DNA of 64,000 nucleotides from Desulfobacterales bacterium CG2_30_60_27. Lineage in GTDB: Bacteria > Desulfobacterota > Desulfobulbia > Desulfobulbales > CG2-30-60-27. The DNA is taken from assembly GCA_001873115.1 (NCBI GenBank), contig MNYK01000110.1, forward strand, positions 23,118 to 87,117. The letters run 5' to 3'. The notes under the pieces were generated by a model. It worked only from the letters and a program-made list of their open reading frames with translations, was not told the origin of the DNA and ran no database searches. A program made the position numbers and the translations under genes. Position 1 is the first letter of the stretch. Each line of letters starts with the position of its first letter. Below, piece by piece: positions 41,042-49,111 of this stretch.

Positions 41042-42274
41042 TCAATAAAGGAATCCGAAAAGCCAGAGCGGCATCCGGTTGCCATGACCGATCTCGATGT
41101 TGTCCAGCGCCAGCCAGGCGTTCTCAACCTTGCTGATCTGGCTCCGGCCCTTGTTTTTGCCCCCCACCTCGAAGGTGACGTCATTCACCAGGAAATCTCC
41201 CCTGGCCGGCACCGAGACGTTGTGACCGACACGGAGCATATTCAGGAAAAAGGTCTCACGCATCGCGCCGCTGTCAGGCGCCTTGCCACCGGCCAGCGCA
41301 TGATATAGGTTCGGATTGTTCAGGTAGATCTTTTCCGGCTTTTCCATCGCGCGCAGACCTTTGCCGCTCCGCGCAACGGTCAGTATTACCCCGGCGTCCT
41401 CCAGGTATTTAAGGTAGGTCTTCAGGGTCCTTTCGTCGCCTATGCCCAGCAGGTTCTTGAGCTGTTTCATGTCCGGGGTGAACGGGACCAAGGAGGAAAT
41501 GATCGAGAGGAGCTTATGAATCTTCCTGATACTTGAACCGTTCAGTGACTGATGGATGGCGGGCAGATCGCCTTCCAGGGTGGTATGGACATTCTGCTCC
41601 AGGGTCATGCGGAACTGGGTCTTGTCATGGTATTCCCGGAAATACGGGTAATAGCCGCACTCCAGATACTCCTTGAAAAGGGCCAGCACCTTGAGCCTTT
41701 TTTCCTCCAGCTTCCGCACAATGGCGTCGCTAGCCTGCTGGTGACCTGAAACAATAGCGTCGAGCGTCAGGTTGTCGAAATAGATGCCGCAATTCATGCC
41801 GATATATTCACGGAACGACATGCCGTGCATCCGGTGGACCAGGGCACGCCTGCTCAGGTCATGGCTCCCCCTGGTGATTTCCAGGGCCGAACTTCCCGAG
41901 GCCAGGATCTTCAGGTTGGGGAAGGTGTCATGGATGCTCTTCAGCTCCATTGACCAGTCTGGATATTTGTGGATTTCATCAAAGCAGATAAACTCGCCGC
42001 CAAGCTTGTGGAATTCGTCGGCGATCTCATAAAGAGAGGAACGGGCCACCTGAAAATGATCGACCTGAAGGTAGAGCGCCTTGCGGGTGTATAGATCGTC
42101 ACCATGGCTTGCCAAGAGATGCTGAATCATGGCGGTGGTTTTGCCGATGCCCCGCTGGCCCACGATGATGGAAAAACGGTTGGTCAGTGGGTGGTCCCGG
42201 AGGAAGTAGCGCTTGAATTCACGGTTGCGGATGCGGAGGAAGGTCTGGCTGAGGGAAAATATGGCGTCGAGCAT
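41042..42274 (-). CDS. AAA-family ATPase with DUF4143-type C-terminal domain (COG1373-like)
   Basis: Walker A GQRGIGKTT, Walker B ICFDEIHKY, about 410 aa. Confidence 0.75.
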   Translation of the reverse strand: MLDAIFSLSQTFLRIRNREFKRYFLRDHPLTNRFSIIVGQRGIGKTTAMIQHLLASHGDDLYTRKALYLQVDHFQVARSSLYEIADEFHKLGGEFICFDEIHKYPDWSMELKSIHDTFPNLKILASGSSALEITRGSHDLSRRALVHRMHGMSFREYIGMNCGIYFDNLTLDAIVSGHQQASDAIVRKLEEKRLKVLALFKEYLECGYYPYFREYHDKTQFRMTLEQNVHTTLEGDLPAIHQSLNGSSIRKIHKLLSIISSLVPFTPDMKQLKNLLGIGDERTLKTYLKYLEDAGVILTVARSGKGLRAMEKPEKIYLNNPNLYHALAGGKAPDSGAMRETFFLNMLRVGHNVSVPARGDFLVNDVTFEVGGKNKGRSQISKVENAWLALDNIEIGHGNRMPLWLFGFLY

Positions 42275-42383
42275 GGCGGTCTCCGTGATAGTATTACAAC
42301 ACCATAATAAATTACTATTGTTAGTATTTCAATACTATTTTTCCTTCAGCTCATGGCAACACTCGTCATACTCGGTTCCGCCC

Positions 42384-42428
42384 AATAAAATAACCGGCGG
42401 CCAGGGAATATCTCCCTGGCCGCCGGTT
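42384..42428 (-). terminator. Intrinsic terminator downstream of the PEP-CTERM gene
   Basis: Perfect 16-bp stem AACCGGCGGCCAGGGA / TCCCTGGCCGCCGGTT with a 5-nt loop, followed on the minus strand by AUUUUAUU. Confidence 0.65.
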
Positions 42429-42507
42429 TGTCAGGGCCGCGGTACTATCGAGTCTGACCTGTCCGACGAGTCCGACAGGTCAGACAGGTCGGACGAAGCA
42501 GGCAATG

Positions 42508-42957
42508 CTACCGCCTGCGCCGCGCCACCCCGATTAAGCCCATAAGGCCGGAGCCGAGGAGCCAGGCGGATGAAGGGGCGGGCACGGCGGACGGGGTCAT
42601 GAGAAAAGCGTGGTCATAGCCATTGATGAACCCAGTACCAACGATTTGTCCGAGGTCGTTGATGTCCCGCGCGTCTGTCAATGTCCACCCTGAACCGGAA
42701 GTAAGTAGATTGTTGAGATCCAGGAGGCTGCCTTCGCTGTAGAGGAAGGCGTGAGTTCTCCCCATGGCCGCAGTGTCGGATTGGCCCACCACCTGGCCGT
42801 TGTTGTTGATGCCAGTTGCCCGGCTGTAGTCCCCGCTAATTAAGGCGCCGAGATCTGTGATCGTGTAATTCGTCGCCCATGCCGGGCTGCCCAAAGCAAG
42901 ACTAGCCAATACCAGGGTAATCAGACGTGCCAATTTGCGTGGGGGGGATGCTTTCAT
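42508..42957 (-). CDS. Secreted HAF-repeat protein with PEP-CTERM sorting signal
   Basis: Signal peptide. INNNGQVVG...HAFLY and INDLGQIVG...HAFLM repeats. C-terminal VPAPSSAWLLGSGLMGLIGVARRRR (PEP-CTERM-type anchor). Confidence 0.8.
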   Translation of the reverse strand: MKASPPRKLARLITLVLASLALGSPAWATNYTITDLGALISGDYSRATGINNNGQVVGQSDTAAMGRTHAFLYSEGSLLDLNNLLTSGSGWTLTDARDINDLGQIVGTGFINGYDHAFLMTPSAVPAPSSAWLLGSGLMGLIGVARRRR

Positions 42958-43202
42958 GCTTTTCTCCTTCGTGATTTTCTTTTTTGCCGGGTTATTTGGA
43001 TTGCGCCAGAGATTTATCTTGCAAAAAAATGTACCAGATTGTTAGGTAGTCGTCATTTCCTCATTATTCCAAGACGTTACCCATGGCGTTCCCCGGACCG
43101 CCAGCAGCCGGCGTATTCGGAATTCCTGGAATCCGGTCCGGAATGGCGGAAAATTGGGTTCAGTACACCGGGTTCCGGACACCGGAATCCGGCAATATTG
43201 CC

Positions 43203-43230
43203 TTGCCCTCGCCCCCGGAACTGGTAGAAT
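43203..43230 (+). promoter_or_regulatory. Candidate sigma-70 promoter
   Basis: TTGCCC - 16 nt - TAGAAT, 34 nt upstream of ATG 43264, which has a GGAGAG RBS. Confidence 0.4.
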
Positions 43231-43263
43231 GGTCCTGTCATCCTGACACATGGAGAGTAGCCC

Positions 43264-43995
43264 ATGCCGCACGACATTCATGACATCCTCACCCTGGAGG
43301 TGAAAAAAGAACTGGCTGACCGTTACTTCGGTTTCCGCAAGCTCATCGAGGACGACTCGCTGGCGCTTGCCGACCAGATCCGGCAGCACTCCTTTATCCT
43401 GGAAAAGCGCATCAGCTTTGATCTCATCCGTATCTACATCCTGCTCAAGGATCAGGGGTTGATCCATGAGTTCCTCAATCTTACCGAGCTGAACGAGGGG
43501 CTTTTTTACGACCCTTACCTCACCGAGTCTCCCACCATCAGGCAGCGGGTCTTCGAGGGCCAGCAGTTGCGCGGCTTCACCCGGGCCAGTCGCTTCCGTA
43601 ATCTGATCTTCGATTGTTATGACCGCCTTACCTCCCACGTCCATCTGTATCGGGAGAAATACGCCGAACTCGAGGAACTGCAGAGCACCATCAGCGACGA
43701 AATCGCCCTTTTTTATCGGCAGCACGATCTGGGCAGTATCATGGGCTTTATGCGCTCCCTGGGTGACCCGGCGGTGAGCGGCGGGATGGCTGGCGGCATG
43801 GAAACCGACCTGGCCGACGGTCTGGCGCAGCGCCTGAAAATTTCAGCACCGCCCCCCATCGCGCAGTACCTGCCCATCATCCCGCCGCTTCCCGAACTGG
43901 CGACCCTCAAGCCTCGGCTGAGAGAGCTTGCCAGTCGAGCGTATCCCTTGCAAAATGCGGATTTTTTTGCCAGTTTCACCGGACGGCGGCGCTAA
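43264..43995 (+). CDS. Hypothetical protein (243 aa, helical N-terminal part, Pro-rich C-terminus)
   Basis: Clean ORF with an RBS and protein-like composition. No motif recognised. Confidence 0.6.
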   Translation: MPHDIHDILTLEVKKELADRYFGFRKLIEDDSLALADQIRQHSFILEKRISFDLIRIYILLKDQGLIHEFLNLTELNEGLFYDPYLTESPTIRQRVFEGQQLRGFTRASRFRNLIFDCYDRLTSHVHLYREKYAELEELQSTISDEIALFYRQHDLGSIMGFMRSLGDPAVSGGMAGGMETDLADGLAQRLKISAPPPIAQYLPIIPPLPELATLKPRLRELASRAYPLQNADFFASFTGRRR

Positions 43996-44287
43996 TCTCA
44001 TGTTTTTGTGTAAGTATTCAGGTGGATAGCCTGAGAGTGTTTAGGTGGATTGGTAAAAATATCCATGCGAGATCACACAAAGTTCAGAGTACTCTAAAAG
44101 GAATTGTGCTACCGCGGAACGGGCGGGTCTACGCCTGGCACCTGCTCCAGGGTCTGGGACAGGTTGGCCATTTCAGCCCGCCAAGGTGCTAACTAGTTCC
44201 CATCCGGAAACTATGTTTCCTTCTGGATGCTGTCAGCGGTCAGCTCTCAGCGTTCATCTGGGAACACAGTTTCCGGATGAACACCAA

Positions 44288-45352
44288 CTACTCCGATGGA
44301 CAGCCTGAAGGTGTTTGGGCCGCCAACTGGCCGCAGGCGGCCGAGATGTCGGCTCCCCGGCTGGTGCGCAGCAGCGCGGTGTAGCCGTGGTTGCGCAGAA
44401 TCTGTTGGAAACGCTCAATGCGCGCCATGGGCGATGGCCCATAGCCCATGGCACTGGTCTCGTTGCAGGGCAGCAGGTTAATCTTGCAGGAGATGCCGTG
44501 GAGCTTGCGGGCCAGCAGTTCGGCGTCGGTATCGGCGTCGTTTAGGCCGTTGATCATGATGTATTCGATCATGATCCGCCGGCGGGGGGGCAGGGGAAAT
44601 TCTCTGAGGGCGTTCAGCAGATCGGCGATCGGGTAGGTCCGGTTTACCGGCATGAGCTGGTTGCGTTTATCGTCATCGGCGGCGTGCAGGGAGACGGCCA
44701 GGTTCACCCTGGTTTTTTCCCCCAGTTCAATGATACGGGGGATGAGGCCGCAGGTGGAGACGGTGATCCGGCGACTGGAAAAGGCGAGGCCATAATTATT
44801 GGTTAGGATAGCGATGGCTGTAGCCAGTTGGTCGAAGTTGGCCAGCGGTTCACCCATGCCCATGAACACCAGGTTGTTGACGGCCTGGCCCTTGGCGTGC
44901 AACTCTTCGGCAACCGTGCAGACCTGGTTCACCATCTCGGCCGGCGTCAGGTTGCGCACGAAACCCATGGTCGCGGTAAGGCAGAAGCGGCAGCCCATGG
45001 CGCAGCCCACCTGTGAGGAGAGACATAAGGTGTTGCGGTCCTCCTCTGGAATGAGGACCGACTCGATCACGTTGCCATCCGCCAGCCTGAAGGCGTACTT
45101 GCAGGTGCCATCCTCGGAGAGTTCTCGCCTTACAGGTGCAAGCCAACTGATCTGGTACCGCTCCTCCAGTTCGCCCCGTATCGGCAGGGACAGGTCGGTC
45201 ATCCTGGCAAAATTTGGCATGCCTGGCCGATAGATCCATGCAAAAACCTGCTTGGCCCGATAGGCCGGCAGACCCATGGTGGCCAGCGTCTCGGTAAGTT
45301 GGGCCAGGGTATAATTTTTGAGGTCGGGTTTTTCCATAATCGTTAAACTCAC
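44288..45352 (-). CDS. rlmN: 23S rRNA/tRNA (adenine-C2)-methyltransferase RlmN (radical SAM)
   Basis: CLSSQVGCAMGCRFCLT cluster motif, GMGEPLAN, C-terminal catalytic Cys ISAACGQL. Confidence 0.9.
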   Translation of the reverse strand: MSLTIMEKPDLKNYTLAQLTETLATMGLPAYRAKQVFAWIYRPGMPNFARMTDLSLPIRGELEERYQISWLAPVRRELSEDGTCKYAFRLADGNVIESVLIPEEDRNTLCLSSQVGCAMGCRFCLTATMGFVRNLTPAEMVNQVCTVAEELHAKGQAVNNLVFMGMGEPLANFDQLATAIAILTNNYGLAFSSRRITVSTCGLIPRIIELGEKTRVNLAVSLHAADDDKRNQLMPVNRTYPIADLLNALREFPLPPRRRIMIEYIMINGLNDADTDAELLARKLHGISCKINLLPCNETSAMGYGPSPMARIERFQQILRNHGYTALLRTSRGADISAACGQLAAQTPSGCPSE

Positions 45353-45649
45353 AGGGCCCGCCTGGCTTCCGGCACCAAGGCCAACTGGCCGGTGATGGCC
45401 TGATCCAGGGTGCGCAGCAGGGCAGTCTTGTCACGGGCCAGGCGGCAGTTGATCGGTAGATAGTTGGAGGCGTGGATGGCGGCAAACCTGAGGTCGCTTG
45501 CGAGATCGGCCGCATCCTTGGATGCGGTGTCGCACCCCCTTGCAGGTGCCGCAGAAGGTGCAGCGGTTGTGCGGGCAGCCGACCGCCACTTGCAACAGAA
45601 TGGCATTGGCCTCGCTGGGCGGCCGGATGATGATGCCTTCGTCCCGCAC
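45349..45649 (-). pseudogene. Frameshifted/truncated radical-SAM gene remnant
   Basis: Frame 1 reads [38 protein letters not shown] (CxxxCxxC). After a G5 run (~45535) the sensible reading continues in another frame ([16 protein letters not shown]...). It ends after about 100 codons, abutting the rlmN start. Confidence 0.45.
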
Positions 45650-45679
45650 GCCGCATGCCCTGATCAGCGGGGGCCGATT

Positions 45680-46762
45680 TCAGCGGTTTGCTTTTTCAAA
45701 GTCATCCATGAAGGCGACCAGGGCCTCCACGCCTTCGTGGGGAAAGGCATTGTAGATCGACGCCCGGATGCCGCCCACCGAGCGATGGCCCTTGAGGCCA
45801 TGCAGCCCTCTGCTGGTTGCCTGCTTGGCAAAGCTGGCCTCCAGTTCGGGGGAGGGGAGGTTGAAGGTGACGTTCATCAGCGACCGGGAAGCGGTCTGGG
45901 CATGGCCTCGGTAAAAGTCACTGGCATCGATTCTATTGTAAAGCAAGGCGGCCTTGGCGCGATTGCGCTTTTCGATTTCCGCCACCCCGCCGATCTTCTT
46001 CAGCCATTTCAGAACCAGGTCGACCACATAAATGGCGAAGCAGGGCGGCGTGTTAAACATGGAGCCCTTGTCCGCGTGGGTCTTGTAATTGAACATGGTG
46101 GGCAGAAAATTCTTGCTCCTGCCGATCAGATCATCGCGGATGATGACTACCGTGACCCCGGCCGGCCCCATGTTCTTCTGGGCCCCGGCAAAGATGAGGC
46201 CGAAACGGCTCACCTCAATCTGGCGCGACATGATGTCCGAAGACATGTCGCAGACCAGGGTCTTGTCCGTGGCCGGCATTTCATGGAACTGGGTGCCGAA
46301 GATGGTGTTGTTGGAAACGAAATACAGGTACTCTGATTCCGGCGCCACCTCGTACTCGCCAGAGGTTGGCACCCGGTCAAAGTTGCTGGACTCGCTGGAG
46401 TAGGCGACCTGTACGTTGCCGAACAGTTTCGCCTCCTTGATGGCATTCCTGGCCCAGACCCCGGTATTAAGGTAGGTGGCGGTCTGGCCGGGGCTCAAGA
46501 GGTTCATGGCCACCATGGCGAACTGGGTGGAGGCGCCGCCCTGCAAGAAGAGGACCTTGTAGTTGGCCGGAATGCCCATGAGTTGGCGGAGCAGGGCCTC
46601 GGCCTCATCGATCACGGCCATGAACTCCTTGCTGCGGTGGCTCATCTCAATAAGGCCGATGCCGCTATCCTGGAAATTGACAATATCCTTGGCCGCCTGG
46701 GTCAGTACCTCATAGGGCAGAGTGGCGGGGCCGGGACTGAAATTGAAGACTCTTTCAGGCAT
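45680..46762 (-). CDS. serC: Phosphoserine aminotransferase
   Basis: ORF 45680..46798, start taken at MPERVFNFSPGPATLP. PLP site FAGAQKNMGPAG. Confidence 0.9.
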   Translation of the reverse strand: MPERVFNFSPGPATLPYEVLTQAAKDIVNFQDSGIGLIEMSHRSKEFMAVIDEAEALLRQLMGIPANYKVLFLQGGASTQFAMVAMNLLSPGQTATYLNTGVWARNAIKEAKLFGNVQVAYSSESSNFDRVPTSGEYEVAPESEYLYFVSNNTIFGTQFHEMPATDKTLVCDMSSDIMSRQIEVSRFGLIFAGAQKNMGPAGVTVVIIRDDLIGRSKNFLPTMFNYKTHADKGSMFNTPPCFAIYVVDLVLKWLKKIGGVAEIEKRNRAKAALLYNRIDASDFYRGHAQTASRSLMNVTFNLPSPELEASFAKQATSRGLHGLKGHRSVGGIRASIYNAFPHEGVEALVAFMDDFEKANR

Positions 46763-46830
46763 GTTGGAACTCCTGCGTGGGGCGAAGATTTTTGGCACGC
46801 TTATGTCGGGCGAAAATCAGATGCTTGGCG

Positions 46831-46839
46831 ATTATATCA
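46831..46839 (-). promoter_or_regulatory. Extended -10 element (TGATATAAT) upstream of serC
   Basis: Minus strand reads TGaTATAAT about 70 nt upstream of the serC ATG. No good -35 element. Confidence 0.35.
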
Positions 46840-46903
46840 GCCAAGATATATACCAAAACCACCTGTCTCTGCATTGAAAAAATGGATTAATCAAAACATT
46901 TCG

Positions 46904-47077
46904 GTAACTATCCAGCTTGTGTCGGCAGTCAAGCGTTCCCTGCCTGGCAATGCCTTTCGCTCATGCTCGGCGGGCGGCCGAGATTTTCCGCGCATCCGCG
47001 CCAGGTCGCGGACAAACCCCCGAAAAGCATTGCCAGTCCGGGAACTCACTTGGGTTGCGGTTCCGCTGGATAGTTAC
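46904..47077. mobile_element. Family-A MITE, 174-bp long form
   Basis: Both TIRs are present. Flanks AACATTTC(G) and AGCATTTC match 7/8 with a 1-nt offset. Confidence 0.8.
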
Positions 47078-47232
47078 AGCATTTCCCGTTTACCCGGCCT
47101 CTGTTTTTCCGAGACGACAAGACGGTTTTCCTGAGCTTTTGGTTGTGGTATAACCCACGGAAAAGTAATCGTCTTTATCGTCTGCCCCGATTTTTCGATA
47201 GTGCGCGGCTTTGAGGTTGTAATTGATCGCCA

Positions 47233-48198
47233 ATGCAGTTGACCAGCAATAATCAAACGCCACCCTATTGCCGGGGCCATATCGACCTGCCGGTGGTGGT
47301 AATCGCCGGCCCCACCGCGGTTGGCAAGACCGCTCTGGCCCTGGCCATTGCCGAGCGCTCCTCCGGTGAAATCGTTGGCGCCGACTCCATGCAGGTCTAC
47401 CGCCACATGGACATTGGCACGGCCAAGCCGACTCGGGAGGAAATGGGCCGGGTTCGCCATCACCTTATTGACGTGGCGGACCCGGATGAGCAATATCAGG
47501 CGGCCCGCTATGCGGCCGAGGCCTTGCAGGCCTGTTTCGACATCACGGCCCGGGGCAAGGTGCCCCTGGTGGTGGGCGGGACCGGTCTCTACATCCATGC
47601 CTTGATCCACGGGGTGTTCGCCATGCCGTTGGTGGACGCCACGGTCCGCGCCGACTTGCGGGCCCGGCTGGCGAAAGAGGGGAGGGAGGCGCTTTACCAG
47701 GAATTGCAACAGGTGGACCCGTTAAGCGCGGCGCGCATCCATGCCAACGACACCCAGCGCCTGCTGCGCGGCCTGGAAATTTTTCTGACCACCGGCATTT
47801 CCTGGTCCCGTCACCTTAGCGAACAGGTGAATCACCCGAATCTCCGCCGGGTTTTAAGAATAGGCCTGACCTGTGACCGAGAAACATTGTATGCCAGGAT
47901 CAATCAGCGGGTAGAGGGGATGATGGCCGCTGGCCTACTCGAGGAGGTGCGCCATCTTCTTGCCCTTGGCTATGATGGTGAGCTAACCGCCATGCAGTCC
48001 CTTGGCTACCGCCACATGCTGAACCATATCGCGGGCCGCTGGCCGCTGAAACAGGCCATCGCGCTCCTGGCGCAAGACACCAGGAGGTTTGCCAAGCGGC
48101 AATTCACCTGGTTTGGCCGTGACCCGGACCTTCATTGGTATGGGGTGGACCAGGAAAGGGAGATCTGGCAACTGGTTACCGAGTTTCTGGGTATCTGA
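47233..48198 (+). CDS. miaA: tRNA dimethylallyltransferase
   Basis: P-loop GPTAVGKT, DSMQVYRHMDIGTAKP, RQFTWF. Confidence 0.9.
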   Translation: MQLTSNNQTPPYCRGHIDLPVVVIAGPTAVGKTALALAIAERSSGEIVGADSMQVYRHMDIGTAKPTREEMGRVRHHLIDVADPDEQYQAARYAAEALQACFDITARGKVPLVVGGTGLYIHALIHGVFAMPLVDATVRADLRARLAKEGREALYQELQQVDPLSAARIHANDTQRLLRGLEIFLTTGISWSRHLSEQVNHPNLRRVLRIGLTCDRETLYARINQRVEGMMAAGLLEEVRHLLALGYDGELTAMQSLGYRHMLNHIAGRWPLKQAIALLAQDTRRFAKRQFTWFGRDPDLHWYGVDQEREIWQLVTEFLGI

Positions 48199-48222
48199 CC
48201 AATACAGAGGATCAATCGGGTT

Positions 48223-48768
48223 ATGAATATTCCCAATATCATTTCCATGCTGCGCATCCTGCTTGTTCCTTTGCTGGTGATCTTTCTCCTGCAGGGCAAA
48301 ATCCATTTTGCCCTGCTCGTCTTTTTGCTGGCCGGGCTAAGCGATGCGGTTGACGGTTTCCTGGCCAGACTGCTGCATCAGCAAACCTCGATCGGCGCCT
48401 TCATCGATCCACTGGCCGACAAACTGCTCATCAACACCGCCTTCGTTACCCTGGGCATCCTGGGTATCATGCCCGGCTGGCTGGCCGTGCTGGTGGTGAG
48501 CCGTGACATTATCATCCTGGCCGGCATTCTGGTGCTCATGCTGACCGGCGATCGGACCATGGAAATCCGGCCAACCCTGGACAGCAAGATCAACACGGTG
48601 ACCCAGCTTGGTTGTGTGTGCTTCTTTCTGGCCTTTGATCTGCTGGGGCCAATACAGGCCTGGGAGCAAGCGATTCTCCTGGTAACCGCTTTTTTCACCA
48701 TGGTGTCCGGATTCCGCTACATTGTCATTGGCTTTCGCATTCTCGGTAAAACGAAAGATGGCGAGTAA
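48223..48768 (+). CDS. pgsA: CDP-alcohol phosphatidyltransferase (PgsA-like)
   Basis: DAVDGFLARLL...GAFIDPLADK motif, 181 aa, 4-5 TM segments. The stop codon lies inside the MITE terminus. Confidence 0.75.
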   Translation: MNIPNIISMLRILLVPLLVIFLLQGKIHFALLVFLLAGLSDAVDGFLARLLHQQTSIGAFIDPLADKLLINTAFVTLGILGIMPGWLAVLVVSRDIIILAGILVLMLTGDRTMEIRPTLDSKINTVTQLGCVCFFLAFDLLGPIQAWEQAILLVTAFFTMVSGFRYIVIGFRILGKTKDGE

Positions 48769-48938
48769 TTATCCAGCGGCACCGCAACCCGGGTGAGTTC
48801 CCGGACTGGCAATGCCTTTCGCGAGTTCGTCCGCGACCTGGCGCGGATGCGCGGGAAGTCGCGGACGCCCGCCGAGCATGAGCGAAAGGCATTTTCAGGC
48901 CGGGAACGCTTGACTGCCGACACAAGCTGGATAGTTAC
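48765..48938. mobile_element. Family-A MITE, 174-bp long form, inverted orientation (left TIR variant GTAATTATCCAGC)
   Basis: Full-length homolog of the copies at 37325 and 46904. No recognisable TSD. It abuts a family-B copy. Confidence 0.8.
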
Positions 48939-48957
48939 ATATTATTTTGTTATTACA

Positions 48958-49073
48958 GTAACAGCTCAGGTTGTTTAGCCAGTTAGGCTGTAGACTGTTA
49001 GGCAAAGAAACGGAGCGTATTTCGCTGTTGCTAACAGTCTAAATGCCTACAGCCTATAGACCTGAGTAGTTAC
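48958..49073. mobile_element. Family-B MITE, 116-bp form
   Basis: Termini GTAACAGCTCAGGT...ACCTGAGTAGTTAC. Perfect 8-bp duplication TTATTACA at 48950-48957 and 49074-49081. Confidence 0.85.
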
Positions 49074-49111
49074 TTATTACAAATAATTAATTAAAAAATA
49101 TAAACCAAAAT

